This document shows, piece after piece, positions 20,307-31,951 of a stretch of 64,000 nt of DNA (position 1 is its first letter; every line of letters begins with the position of its first letter). The translations under genes were made by a program, and so were the position numbers. The notes below the pieces were generated by a model. The model saw only the letters and a list, made by a program, of their open reading frames with translations. It did not search any database and was not told the DNA's origin. The DNA is from an uncultured delta proteobacterium (GTDB lineage: Bacteria > Desulfobacterota > RBG-13-43-22): assembly GCA_963802945.1 (NCBI GenBank), contig CAWDKY010000017.1, positions 447,896 through 511,895 of the forward strand, in the 5' to 3' direction.

Positions 20307-20498
20307 TTATACGGCCCGGGTTACCTTCCCCGAACGTAGACATCGGGTACAGACATTGATCCGCTTAACCGCTCCCTGATGAACGGCCTTGATTTGTTGG
20401 AGATTGGGACTCCAGCGTTTATAGGTCTTGTTGTTGGCATGGCTGACGTTGTGCCCGACTTGGTGGCCTTTGCCGCAAATACTACATACCTTGGCCAT
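20307..20498 (-). CDS. rpmB: 50S ribosomal protein L28
   Basis: [29 protein letters not shown]...[20 protein letters not shown]. Confidence 0.97.
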   Translation of the reverse strand: MAKVCSICGKGHQVGHNVSHANNKTYKRWSPNLQQIKAVHQGAVKRINVCTRCLRSGKVTRAV

Positions 20499-20632
20499 GG
20501 TTACTCCTTTCAATGGAAAAAATAGGTTCAAGGTACAAGGTTTGAGGTTCAAGAAAAGCCTTAGGCCTTATACCGTTATTGTTGTTACTATCAATTTCTC
20601 AAATTTTTTACTCGTTCCTCATCCCTCTTCCC

Positions 20633-21667
20633 TTATACCCACTCAATAGGTATTTCCGGATGGGTACGGGGAACGACTTCTCCAATTGAAAAACATTTTT
20701 CCCCTGAGCCTTCCAGTCGGGAAATGATTTCCTGGGTCCAGCCATCAGGAACGACGAGTATCATCCCCAGGCCGTTGTTGAACACCTGATGCATTTCCTT
20801 TTCCGATACATTGCCCAGTCGTTTGATCAAGGAAAATATCGGGGGAATCTTCCAGGAGTCACGTATAATCCTTGCCCGGCATTCGGACGGCAGGATTCGG
20901 GGCAGATTTTCGGTAATGCCTCCTCCGGTAATATGGGCCATGCCTTTTACCGGATAGTCTTTGATTAAAGAAAGGATAGACGGGACATAAATCCGGGTCG
21001 GTTTAAGCAGTTCCTTTCCCAAGTCTGTACCCAATTCCGGAATGGACTCTTTGGGGTTCATTCTCAAATCTTCAAAAAAGATTCTCCGGACCAGGGAAAA
21101 CCCGTTGCTGTGCAGGCCGCTGGATGCCAGCCCGATGATTCGGTCCCCTGGTGCGATCTTGGAACCGTTTATAATCTTATCTTTTTCAACGATTCCCACC
21201 ACAAATCCAGCCAGATCATATTCGCCGACCGCATACATTCCCGGCATCTCGGCTGTTTCACCACCGAGCAGGGCGCACCCGGCCTGCCTGCATCCGTTTA
21301 CAATCCCTTCGATGACGGCGGTCTGAGTTTCCAAGTCCAATCGCCCGGCGGCCATGTAATCCAGGAAAAAAAGAGGCCGGGCCCCTTGGACAATGATATC
21401 ATTGACGCTCATGGCCACCAAATCGATCCCAACCGTTTCATGTTGATTGAGCAGTTGGGCAATCTTTAATTTGGTCCCCACCCCGTCGGTGGAAGAAACC
21501 AGGACCGGTTGGGAATACGCCGAGGGGTCCAGACGGAATAGACCGCTGAATCCGCCGATATCGGTGATGACCTCAGGTGAGAAAGTCTGACGGATCAGGG
21601 GTTTTATCCGGTCAACAAAGGCATTTCCCAGATTAATATCCACACCTGCTTTTTGGTATAAATCCAT
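20633..21667 (-). CDS. purM: Phosphoribosylformylglycinamidine cyclo-ligase
   Basis: YQKAGVDI, STDGVGTK, GGETAEMPG, SSGLHSNG, HITGGG. Confidence 0.98.
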   Translation of the reverse strand: MDLYQKAGVDINLGNAFVDRIKPLIRQTFSPEVITDIGGFSGLFRLDPSAYSQPVLVSSTDGVGTKLKIAQLLNQHETVGIDLVAMSVNDIIVQGARPLFFLDYMAAGRLDLETQTAVIEGIVNGCRQAGCALLGGETAEMPGMYAVGEYDLAGFVVGIVEKDKIINGSKIAPGDRIIGLASSGLHSNGFSLVRRIFFEDLRMNPKESIPELGTDLGKELLKPTRIYVPSILSLIKDYPVKGMAHITGGGITENLPRILPSECRARIIRDSWKIPPIFSLIKRLGNVSEKEMHQVFNNGLGMILVVPDGWTQEIISRLEGSGEKCFSIGEVVPRTHPEIPIEWV

Positions 21668-21953
21668 AATACCCTTCGTATGTTTTAGTTAACCGGACCT
21701 TTGGCCGGTGCAAAGTTCTGATATTTAAACTATATATTATATTAAAAATTAAAAAAAATGTCAAATAAGAAAATGGTCTTGCTTGTCGAGTATTTTTTTT
21801 AAGGGGAGAGGATCTGAGGATTCAACGCATTGTTTTTCCAAAGAGTGTTTTTGGTAATATCATCAGGATGCTTCTTTCCTTGACTCTCTTTTTCTCGCTC
21901 GTTAAAATTCATTAAGAGGTAAAAAAGGTACAAAACGCAAGGGGAGGGTAAGT

Positions 21954-22643
21954 ATGCTGAAAATTGGACACCGCGGGGCTATGGGCTATGCTCCCGAAAA
22001 CACCCTGACCTCATTTGCCAAGGCCCTGGAACTTGGTGTTGATGGGATAGAACTGGATGTCCACCTCTGCAGAAGCGGAGAATTGGTTGTCATTCATGAC
22101 GGGCGTGTGGACCGCACAACCAACGGAAAAGGGTATGTGATCGATATGACGCTCGAAGAGCTAAAAAAACTGGACGCAGGTAAAAGCCAACGCATACCAA
22201 TGCTTTCGGAAGTCCTCGATTTTGTGAACCGGCGCGCTCTCATTGATATAGAGCTGAAGGCTGAAGGGATCAGCATGTCTGTAGCAGAGGTGGTGCGTAA
22301 ATACATCCAAGAGTTCGGATGGAAAAATGACCTGTTCATGATCTCATCCTTCGATCACCATGAACTGATGCGCTGTCACGATATGATCCCCGAGGTTCCC
22401 TTCGGCCCGTTAATCGGCGCCAAACCCTTGGATTACGCCTTTTTTGCCCAATCCATGAAGGCAGATACAATCATGCCTTTCTATGAGTTCCTGAATGGCG
22501 AATTTGTTCAGGATGCTCATCGGAGGGGCTTGAAAGTCGTTACTTGGACCGTTAACCGACCCGATGATATAAAAAAAATGTTGAGTATTGGAGTGGATGG
22601 CATCATAAGCAACTATCCTGATCGCCTTAGGGAAAATAAATAA
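21954..22643 (+). CDS. Glycerophosphodiester phosphodiesterase
   Basis: GHRGA..APENT, IELDV, VIHD, IELK, WTVN, DGIISNYP. Confidence 0.95.
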   Translation: MLKIGHRGAMGYAPENTLTSFAKALELGVDGIELDVHLCRSGELVVIHDGRVDRTTNGKGYVIDMTLEELKKLDAGKSQRIPMLSEVLDFVNRRALIDIELKAEGISMSVAEVVRKYIQEFGWKNDLFMISSFDHHELMRCHDMIPEVPFGPLIGAKPLDYAFFAQSMKADTIMPFYEFLNGEFVQDAHRRGLKVVTWTVNRPDDIKKMLSIGVDGIISNYPDRLRENK

Positions 22644-22791
22644 AAAACAAAAAATGTTGTACCAGCTTACCAAATCTTCGCAAAAATTCTTCACGATCCT
22701 CATTGTTTCGGAATATTTTGCTCCGTTCTACTGCCCTGGTAATAATATGGTGTAAAGTACCGTGTATGCCTATGTTGTCTTGTCTTGGCAT
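22627..22791 (-). mobile_element. REP-associated tyrosine transposase (RAYT/Y1) N-terminal remnant
   Basis: Manual translation MPRQDNIGIHGTLHHIITRAVERSKIFRNNEDREEFLRRF, similar to the MPR.AR.D.PG.LHH...RG.ER..IF.D..DR start of RAYTs. Truncated before the HUH motif. Confidence 0.7.
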
Positions 22792-23056
22792 GTATTTTTA
22801 TTATCATACCTCCCGAATATGTAAGTATAAATATATAAAGGGCGTCCCCTTTATTCCATTAATTGAAACTCGGTTGTTAACTTCACCTACTACTGTTTTA
22901 AGAAGAAAGACCAGAAAGTTAACGATTACTGTTTGAACTGTTCAATCCGCCCTACGGTCAGATGATATGGGTCGAAGAGTATTTCCATAGATGGTAAGGT
23001 TATGAAGGCTCCTTCATTTTCCTTTTGAAGAAGTCTCCGGGCGACGTTACTATAAA

Positions 23057-23086
23057 AAAGCCGCCATAGTTTTATATGGCGGCTTT
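23057..23086 (-). terminator. Rho-independent terminator
   Basis: AAAGCCGCCATA-N6-TATGGCGGCTTT stem with a T-run on the minus strand, downstream of the acyl-CoA ligase. Confidence 0.75.
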
Positions 23087-23127
23087 GAATTTATCAAGTC
23101 AAGCAACGTGAAAGTCGTAAGATGATT

Positions 23128-24844
23128 TTACACCGAACGCACCTTTTTGGCCTTGGATTTAAACTCCTCAATTCTTTTTCTGACGGCGATCTTGTCATAT
23201 TTGCCGACGCTGGTCTTCGGAACATCGTCGACAAAGGCGACATAAACTGGAAGCATCCACTTGGTAATCTTCCCTTTGTCAACACCCTCTGCCTGAAGGA
23301 AAGTGAGGATATCTTCTTCTTTGTTGTTCGATCCGGGGAGTACCTTGACTAGGGCCATCGGTATTTCGCCCCATTTCTCATCCGGTATGCCGACATAAGT
23401 GGCCTCCAAAACGAAGTCGGCGTTGCTGGTCAAATTCTCCAGAAGGACCGTGGGCACCATTTCGGAGCCGCTTCGGATGACATCGGTTATTCGATCCGCG
23501 ATGATAATATAGCCGTCTTGATCAATTTTGGCCGCATCGCCGGTGTGGAACCATCCGCCCCTCCAGGCAGCGGCCGTTTTCTCCGGATCCTTGTAGTATT
23601 GTTCCGTTATCCAATGGCCGCGCAGGATGATCTCGCCGATCGTCTCGTTATCGTGAGGCACATCCTTGCCGTCTTCAGTTAACGACGCGGGCGTCTATGG
23701 CCGGAAGTATCGGTAAGCCCGTCTTGACTAAGACCTTGTCAATCTCCTCTTTCGGCCAGTTCTCCATGTCCCTTTTTAATACGGCGCCGATAACACCGGC
23801 CATGGTTTCCGACATGCCGTAGCCGGATGCGGCCCTCATATGGGGGAAAAGCTTTTCCGCTTTGTTCTTTAAACCAAGAGGCAGGGCGCCTCCTCCGATG
23901 GCTATACTGGTCAGGCTGCTCAGATCCCATTTGTTGAGATCCGGGTATTCAAGCAGCATGGCCAGCATGGTCGGCACCATCACAGCGGAGTTTACTTTTT
24001 CATTCTGAATGAGCTCGCAGAAACTTTCCGGCGTGTATTTGCTCGAGAAAACCAACTTGGCAGCCGCGTGAACCATCATGAACGGCGTTCCCCAGGCATG
24101 GATATGGAAAAAGGGAATAACCGCGAAAAAATTAGTTTGATTAGGCCGCGGTGGATCGTCAGGTAGCGTTACCGCATTGCCTACCCTTTCGAGTGAATGA
24201 ATACATTGCAGATAGATCTGGCGGTGGGTGTACAAAGCCCCTTTCGGCAGACCGGTCGTGCCGGTGGTGTAATAGAGCGTCGCATGCGTGTCCTCATGCA
24301 ATTCCGGCCAATCGAAGGTGGTCGGCTGTTCCTTCAACAACGCCTCGTATTCGTAAAGAGGCTCTATCTTGGTCTTAGGCAGTCCCGGTTTGTCGGACAT
24401 ATAGACAAATTTTTTCACAGCCGGCTTGATCCGATCGTATAGGAGTTCGACAAAGGGCATGAGAATTTCATCAAAAAAGATGATGTAATCCTCGGCATGG
24501 TTGATGACATAGGTCATATGTTCCAGAGACAGCCTGATATTGATGGGGTGAGAAATCGCCCCAATGCCGACGGTGGCAAAAATATTCTCCAGGTGACGAT
24601 GGTGATTAAGCGCCATGGCGCCGACCCGGTCGCCATCCTTCACCCCCAAGGACTTGAGGAGATGGGCATGCTGGCAGGTGCGCGCGTACCATTCCTTCCA
24701 GGTGAACCGGAAATACTGACCATCGTCGTTCCGGTAGACGACAGCAATGTCATCCGGATACATGCTAAGCGGTTTTTTAACAAAGTTAGTGATCAGAAGC
24801 GGGTAATTTTTACTGTACTCGGGATAAATGGTCTTTTGGCTCAT
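23128..24844 (-). pseudogene. Long-chain fatty acid--CoA ligase, split by a +1 frameshift near 23680
   Basis: YYTTGTTGLPKG and GYGMSET in one frame, GEIILRG...WFHTGD...DR...PKTSVGK in the next. Removing one base gives ARVV-TEDGKDVPHD. Confidence 0.9.
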
Positions 24845-25320
24845 TTTTTTCTCCTTTTTTATCGTGATGCCTCCTGATGAATTTTTAATAACTAGTTGCT
24901 TTTAAATAAGATAAGTATATAACAAGGAAAAGACAAGCTCAAGAAGAAAAACAGGGCGAAAAACATGGGAAGAAAGGTGTTTTCTGGTGAAAATGGGACT
25001 AGGTAGGTCTGTACTTTACAATTTGATTACCGTTTGTAATGTGGCATAAAGAGCCAAAATTAAAAAACAACATTTCAGGAAGAAGTCGTCATCTAGACGC
25101 TAGGTGCCTGTAAGGTCAAATTTCTAACTGTCATGATTTTAATCCGATCTTGACCCATTATTAAAGTTTTCCCTCTAGTTCCACTCGGGGCCAAGAATAA
25201 CGCTCCCGCTCGGATTTGCCGCAATTCGGTCGAGAAACTCGTGCGGATCAATCGGAAGAAAGGTTAGGTCATCCCAGGCATCGCTTTGTCTATGGACAAT
25301 ACCTGGGATATCGACCCTAA

Positions 25321-26088
25321 TTAGAATAAGCCGTGCCAACGGATGATCTCCTCGTCCCTAGCCACGCATCCAGTGAGGCCCTTGGCATCTTGTTGAGCCA
25401 AAAAAAGGGCAGCCTTGACCATCTTCTCGGGACCAATCAAACGTGACTTATCGTAGTCGGGGGGTAAATTGAATACAAATCCTTCTGTGGCTACTCCCTG
25501 GGCCGGCTTGTAGCAGTTGACGGCAATGTTATACACACCAAGTTCAGCGGCTAAGCTGCAAGTTAAATGTTCAATCGCCGCCTTGGCCGTACCATAGGCA
25601 AGGCCGGTGACACCATAAACCCGACTGTCTGCTGCTCCGGAACTGGTATTGATGATGCTCCCGCCTTTCTGTTTTATCATGAAGGGAACAACGGCGTGGG
25701 TACAAAGAAAAGTCCCCAAGAGGTTGACACCTATAACCAGATTCCAACGACGAGTCGTCGTCTCCACAAATGGACCTGGGGCTGCGACTGCTGCATTGTT
25801 GACCAGGATATCGATCCTGCCCCACTCATCTATAACCTTTCGAACCATGGCCTCTACCTCGTCCTGGACCAGAACATTAGTCTTTATGGCCAGAGCTTGA
25901 CCGCTTAGGGTTTTAATCTCATCGACAGTTTCCAGAATGGTTCCGGATAAACCGGTCTTAAGAGGCTCAAGCGTTCGTCCGACAACCGCTACCTTGGCCC
26001 CTTCTTTGGCAAATTCAATAGCGACCGCCTTGCCGATTCCCCTGCTGGCTCCCGTGACGATGGCTACCTTTCCGTTAAGCTTTCCCAT
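25321..26088 (-). CDS. Short-chain dehydrogenase/reductase
   Basis: TGASRGIG, NNA, YGTAK. Confidence 0.93.
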   Translation of the reverse strand: MGKLNGKVAIVTGASRGIGKAVAIEFAKEGAKVAVVGRTLEPLKTGLSGTILETVDEIKTLSGQALAIKTNVLVQDEVEAMVRKVIDEWGRIDILVNNAAVAAPGPFVETTTRRWNLVIGVNLLGTFLCTHAVVPFMIKQKGGSIINTSSGAADSRVYGVTGLAYGTAKAAIEHLTCSLAAELGVYNIAVNCYKPAQGVATEGFVFNLPPDYDKSRLIGPEKMVKAALFLAQQDAKGLTGCVARDEEIIRWHGLF

Positions 26089-26121
26089 AGCAAACTCCTT
26101 TCTATCTCAGGATTTAATACG

Positions 26122-27561
26122 TTATTTAATACGTTCCAGAAATTCGTGATAACCTATGAAGCGGCTGACGGCTTTGGCCGCGGAAGGTACGCTGGGGTAA
26201 ACCGGAAGTCCTGCCTCCAAACACCTTTTTTGAGCCTGAATTACGGCGTTGATCGTATCCGCCCTTCCTCCGGCATAAAGTACTATAACCAAAGGTTTTG
26301 ACAATTGTTTGGAAAGCTTGAGAAGAATGCTGATGGCTTCATCCAGAGACTGGGTCAATTGGCTTCCGATTCCTCCATAGATGTCGATCCCGAGGTGGGT
26401 CAATATGAAATCGATATTGGGGTCTGCATCTATGGCTTTAAGGCCTTCTTCATAAAAGACAGCCCAGGCGGCCAAACCCCGGTCGGGCTCCACCGGATTC
26501 CTGGCACTTGTCCCCGCATCGGGAATGAGTTGCTCTAATCGTTTTTGGGTTTCCAGGTGAAATTCAGGGACCTTTAACCCGGCTTTTTCGCACATATCCG
26601 TAGCTACGACCCCTAATCCGCCGCCCCGTCCCACGATTCCAACGTGCCGTCCGGACGGACGACGAAGGTAGACGAAGGCCATGGCCACGTCAAGCAGCTC
26701 CTCCAGGTCGTCAACACGGATGACTCCCGTCTGTCTGAAAAAAGCGTCCCATATGATTTCAGAACCGGCCAAGGATGCGGTATGAGAAGACGCTGCCCTG
26801 CTGCCGCCTTCGGTGATGCCGGCCTTGAGTACGATCACCGGTTTCTTTCTGTTGCCTTCTCGGATGACCTCGAAATATCTCCGGCCGTCTTTTACACCTT
26901 CGATATAAGAAGTGACCACCTTGGTCTCCAGATCAGATGAAAGATACTCGATGAAATCCGTACCGTCCAGATCGATGGCATTTCCGTAACTGACAACCTT
27001 GCTGAAATAAATACCCCTTTCAGTACCCTGGGCCACCACTCGGGCGGCTGAGGCCCCGCTCTGGGAAACGAAAGCCACTGGGCCAGGCTTATTCGACAGC
27101 AGTCTGCCGAAGGTGATGCCTCCTTGGGGATAATAAAGCCCCATGCAATTGGGCCCGATCACCCTTACTCCGGCTTGCTTGGCGATGCGCTCTATTTCGT
27201 TCTGCAGCCTGATTCCTTCAGGCTTGCCGGTCTCGCTGAATCCGGCCGTAAAAACATGGGCGAATTTGACCCCTTTAACCACGCAATCGGCCATAATCCG
27301 GTCGGCTATCCTGAAGGGGACATTGAAGATAGCCAGATCCACAGGACCTGGAATATCCCTGATGGAAGGATAGGTCTTAAGCCCCATGATTTCAGTCGCC
27401 TTGGGATTGATCGGATAGATCGTTCCTTTATAGCCAAAGGCGATCAGTCTGGATACCCAGCCGTCATTTTCCAACGATTCGTTGGAACGGGCGCCGATAA
27501 CGGCAATCGATCTGGGATGAAATATTTCCTCAATCACATTTTTCGATTCTGAATCAGTCAT
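26122..27561 (-). CDS. ADP-forming acyl-CoA ligase alpha subunit (CoA-binding protein)
   Basis: PRSIAVIGA, GFSE, IGPNCMG, SQSG, ASSHTASLAGS with the phospho-His. Confidence 0.9.
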   Translation of the reverse strand: MTDSESKNVIEEIFHPRSIAVIGARSNESLENDGWVSRLIAFGYKGTIYPINPKATEIMGLKTYPSIRDIPGPVDLAIFNVPFRIADRIMADCVVKGVKFAHVFTAGFSETGKPEGIRLQNEIERIAKQAGVRVIGPNCMGLYYPQGGITFGRLLSNKPGPVAFVSQSGASAARVVAQGTERGIYFSKVVSYGNAIDLDGTDFIEYLSSDLETKVVTSYIEGVKDGRRYFEVIREGNRKKPVIVLKAGITEGGSRAASSHTASLAGSEIIWDAFFRQTGVIRVDDLEELLDVAMAFVYLRRPSGRHVGIVGRGGGLGVVATDMCEKAGLKVPEFHLETQKRLEQLIPDAGTSARNPVEPDRGLAAWAVFYEEGLKAIDADPNIDFILTHLGIDIYGGIGSQLTQSLDEAISILLKLSKQLSKPLVIVLYAGGRADTINAVIQAQKRCLEAGLPVYPSVPSAAKAVSRFIGYHEFLERIK

Positions 27562-27776
27562 TCTCGTCCCTTTCAGCCCATAATAAGAAAAAATTTAACA
27601 CAAGCCTTAATGGACGTCAAGGCAGCATTAGTCAAAGAATAAAGTTGACATTGACGAACCCGAAAATGATTAAACCAATTTGGGTTTGACTTATCCAACA
27701 GGGAAAGATATACAAAAATGAATGCAGTTCCTTTTAGCTTCTATTTTTTAATTGAAAATATTATTGGAGGAAAACC

Positions 27777-28973
27777 GTGATTAACACACTACCGTTTGCC
27801 GAGCCTGATGAAGTTGGTATGTCTCTTGAACGATTGAAACGTATCCCGCCGATGATTCAAAGTTATATAGACCAACAACTGATCCCCGGTGCAGTCACCA
27901 TGGTCGTCCGTCAGGGAAAGATCGTTCATTTCGATGTCCAGGGGTATCAGAATGTTGAAAAAAAGATCCCCATGACCAAGGAAACGATTTTCCGCATCGC
28001 CTCCATGACCAAACCGATAACCTCTGTCGCCTTGATGATGCTGTATGAGCAGGGCAAATTCCAGCTCGGCGATTCTATCTCCCAATGGCTCCCGGCTTAT
28101 AAGGATATGCGGGTGGCCGTATTTAATGGAAGGAAATATGACCTGGTGCCGGCCGACTCTCCCATTAATGTCATGCATATTCTGACCCACACGGCCGGTT
28201 TTGCCACGGAATACAATCCTCAGAATCAGGAGCTGTATAGGCAGGCCGCCAAATTCCGCAGCCGCAAGGAGGTCATAGGCGATTTTGTGGACCGTTTGGC
28301 CACTGTTCCTCTTAACAATCATCCTGGGAAAATGTGGGATTATTCCCGCGCCACCTGTGTTGTGGGCCGTCTGGTGGAGGTTTTATCAGGGCAAACACTA
28401 GCGGATTATTTCCAGGAACATATTTTCGAGCCGCTGGGTATGGTGGACACTCATTTTTTTCTGCCTGAAGAAAAACTGCCCCGTTTTGCCGTGGCCTATA
28501 CTCCAGGGGAAGATAAAAAGATCCAACCGGTCGAGCCCGATACGAGGGAAAGTTTTTGGCTCAGCAAACCCGGCATCTACTACATGGGGTCCGGCGGATT
28601 GGTCTCCACGGCCTCGGATTATTTCCGCTTTGCCGATATGCTTATGAATGGAGGAAAGAGCGGAAAGGTTAGAATCCTAAGCCGGAAAACCATCGAGCTG
28701 ATGACCATGAACCATATCGGTGATCGGCCTGTCTGGCTGACCGGACCTGGAAACGGATTCGGTTTGGGGTTCGGCGTTACTCTGGACAGGGGTCAAACTC
28801 ACAATATGGCCACCGAAGGTACCTATACCTGGGGCGGGGCCTTTTGCACCTATTGGTGGAACGATCCCCGGGAGAAGCTGTTCGGTATGGTTCTCACCCA
28901 GGTGCGTCCTTACGATCATCTCAATATAAGAGCGGATATGCAGACTATCGCCACGCAGGCGATTGACGATTAA
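27777..28973 (+). CDS. Serine hydrolase, beta-lactamase-related family
   Basis: IASMTKPIT (SxxK), LTHTAG, WDYS, WGG. Confidence 0.92.
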   Translation: MINTLPFAEPDEVGMSLERLKRIPPMIQSYIDQQLIPGAVTMVVRQGKIVHFDVQGYQNVEKKIPMTKETIFRIASMTKPITSVALMMLYEQGKFQLGDSISQWLPAYKDMRVAVFNGRKYDLVPADSPINVMHILTHTAGFATEYNPQNQELYRQAAKFRSRKEVIGDFVDRLATVPLNNHPGKMWDYSRATCVVGRLVEVLSGQTLADYFQEHIFEPLGMVDTHFFLPEEKLPRFAVAYTPGEDKKIQPVEPDTRESFWLSKPGIYYMGSGGLVSTASDYFRFADMLMNGGKSGKVRILSRKTIELMTMNHIGDRPVWLTGPGNGFGLGFGVTLDRGQTHNMATEGTYTWGGAFCTYWWNDPREKLFGMVLTQVRPYDHLNIRADMQTIATQAIDD

Positions 28974-29160
28974 CAGGTTGCTGAAAAAGGCCCATCAATA
29001 CCAAGGCGGGTTGCCCTCATCCCTCGTCATTGCGACGTACTTCTAGGTACGACTCATTCCTCGGGATTTCTTCGCGTCAAGGGCAACGCTCAGTCCCACC
29101 CCTTCGGGGCGGGTTCCCGGTTTCGGGCGCCTTGTATCCGAACCTTTTTGAGCAACCTGT
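28973..29160. mobile_element. MITE-like element with 18-bp terminal inverted repeats
   Basis: ACAGGTTGCTGAAAAAGG ... CCTTTTTGAGCAACCTGT (one mismatch), non-coding interior. Confidence 0.75.
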
Positions 29161-29288
29161 AATAATGAGTTTTTCCGCATTATGATAATCGGAAGGTTGC
29201 AGAAAAGAACGTTTAAAATATCTGTCTGGGCATAGACAGATCCCCTCTGTCCCTTTTAGGCCGCGTAAGGCAGGGGGGATCGGCCGAT

Positions 29289-31695
29289 TTAAACATCCCC
29301 ATACCGCATGTCAGGCCACTTGGTGCTTCCCCCTTCAAAAAGAACGGTAAAGACCTGGTCGGGATCGGTGCTCTCCTGAACATTAGGCAGATCCAGTCCG
29401 CCGACCCCGGTCGGTACATAGAAGGTGAAATCCAAAGGTTTCATACGGCCCTCACGCACTGCCTCCACATACTTCTGAGGCCCCTTGGTGTTGGGAAGCC
29501 CGGGGACTCTGCCGATAAATTTCCGATCATTTTGTCTGTGGTCGGCAAAGGCGCAAACCGCACCATATAGGCAGGCAATTCCAACTCTGTCTGGATATCT
29601 ATATCCAAAGATCATTTGCTTAAGATAACGATCATAGGCCAGTGAATAGCTGGGCCATTTCCCTTTGCCCCACATCAGGCCGGGAACGTAAGGGTCTTCC
29701 TGCTCGACCGGTGAAAAGGACATGAGCTGGGCCACACCGCAGACCCAGCCATAAATTTGTTCTCTGGTGATGTGATGACCTTCCAGGTTCCACCTGGGAT
29801 TGGAACATCGAAGGGAAGTGGACAACAAGGCATAAGCGGCCCGGAAGGTCTCCGATTCATCCTTTTCCGCCCGGAGACTAAGCCTGAGTCCGCCCAAAAA
29901 CATGGTTGTCCCATAAAGCCCTTTCTTTCCGTATTCTTCGTAAGTTACAATGCCGTTGCCGTCTTCGTCGAAGGCGTCGAGAAAACTTTTTTTCAAAGAC
30001 GCTCCTTGAAGTTGGTCCACAGCATCCAGATAGGCAAAAAAGGTTTTTTGCATATCCCAGGGTATCTTTTGAGCGTCGGAATACAAGGCCGTTGTGACAA
30101 TCTCTCTGAAGTTATCGCCATTCAGATACCCAAGCCTTCCTCGAAAAGAGGCCAGGGAATGACCGGTGATATCATCGCGCCCGATCACATAATACTGGCG
30201 CTGTCCCAAGCCGCGTTTTTCCGCCCGCCGGAAACTGAAATCCCGGCTCAAAGGACAGTCATATCCCTTAGTGGTAATGATGGCCTTATCTTGGAGCAAG
30301 GGAACCGGAACCGCCTGTGGGAAGCGGCCTCCTGACCCGTCGTCCAACCCTGCTTCTTCCGATTCCTTTAGGCCGCAATTGCTGAATATATAGCGGGCGC
30401 AGAACAGATCGGTGGCCACCGGATCCAATCCCGCTACCGCCAGTCCTTCACGCTCCTTGATGCCCAAACCTATTCCTGTGTGATCCCGGTTTGTTGCTTC
30501 CAAGCCATCGACAATGTGCATCATGAAAATATCTTGGTTAGCTACGGCCTTGATAATATCGAGCATGGTGCCTGTCAGTCCACCGGTTTTTTTCACCCGA
30601 TAGGTCCCATCGAGATTTTTTATTGGGATGCTGGTCACTCGGGTCTAGTTCAGGGATCCATACCTGATGTGGAATGGCGCCCTTCATGCCCGGGACTTTC
30701 ATCTTTGGCGGTGTGGCATATTCCCATTGGCAATCATTCGATCGGGATACTTCCATGGGATAGAGCCCAATGCCCAGATTCTTGATCACATTGGTGAAAA
30801 GGGCCTGGGCATGAATCTTTAATTTTGGAAGGTTGATCAGAATGCACCCTGGATAAAGGGCCCGATCATCCGGATCGGACGGATCACCGCCCACAATAAC
30901 CTTATGGAGGATGATAGACTCGAAATTTTCGTGGACTGGGACAGGGATATCTCTTCCTTTGGACATGTCGTCACAGATCCGGTTCAGGTCATAGACCATC
31001 AATTTATCTTGGACCTTTCCAGGGGGCAGATAAGTCCCGGCCATGCTTTCTTCCAACCCTCTCATCGGATCATCCCTTCTGGGGGAATCGGAGACTTCGG
31101 AAAGGTACTTGCGGACGAAATAGAATCCATAGCCGCCGAAAAAATCATCGGACTGGCCTTCAATGACTGCCTCGGTGGTCACGGGTCGTCCGGCCTTCTT
31201 AAGATGCTGAAAGCCGGCGGCCATGGCCGACAGTGCCGTGGCTGCTTCGCCGATGCTCATCTGATAGTAGCTGATGCCTGCTTGGTCGTGAAACCATCTC
31301 ATCACGGCGGCAACAAAGGCCCATTCCGTAACGGCCGTGCTGCCAATACTGGGTCCGAAGGTGTAGGGTTCAAAGCTCTCGACAGATACCAGGTTCGGTT
31401 TGAAGAGCAGCTTCTGCCCCTTCTTGAGCCTTTCTCTGATCTGGGAAAGGAAAGGTGTCTCCTGTTCCAGAGCGAACAAGGCCTCCCCCAGATTTTCATA
31501 CATATAATTGATCTTGGTTTTGATCTCCTTCCAGGCCGCCCCATCGGAGTCACGAATGACTTTTTGAAGCAGGAGCCCTATCCCTCCGTAGGCCTTATCG
31601 ACATCCATCCGGCTGACGGCTATAGCAGCACCGTTTCTATCTAACATCCCGTCGCCTATAGCCGTATGCACCATGACTTCTTTGACCTTATTCAT
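29289..31695 (-). pseudogene. Large DUF362-like protein split by a +1 frameshift near 30640
   Basis: LFKPNLV, INLPKLKIHAQALFTNVIKNLGIG, HIVDG, GLDPVATD. The frames join by removing one base (ELDP-VTSIP). Confidence 0.75.
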
Positions 31696-31951
31696 TTACT
31701 TTTCTCCTTTGGATTATGGAATCCGTCAATGAGATCCATTTATAGTTTGATGAGTCTTTCAATCTCTTCTTTGGTCTATACCCTATGGGGCCGGACCCAA
31801 ATCAAGTTTTTTCCTATAGGGCCTGTTTCAAAGCTCTTTTTATGCGTAAAAAAAGCCGTTAAGAGTTTTTTTGTCCTTAATTTATCAAAAAAAATGAAAA
31901 AGAAATTGATTTGGTTGGTCCGATCCAAGGCCGTTTTTAAAGAAAAAGGCG

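Noticed and set aside
21668-21953. Purine riboswitch or PurR site upstream of purM
   Set aside because: AT-rich divergent promoter region with no recognisable aptamer or operator.
23675-23677. TGA as a selenocysteine or readthrough codon in the acyl-CoA ligase
   Set aside because: Downstream homology continues in a different frame, so it is a frameshift rather than readthrough.
27777-28973. Beta-lactam resistance gene
   Set aside because: No signal peptide, and the motifs fit cytoplasmic esterase-like serine hydrolases rather than AmpC.
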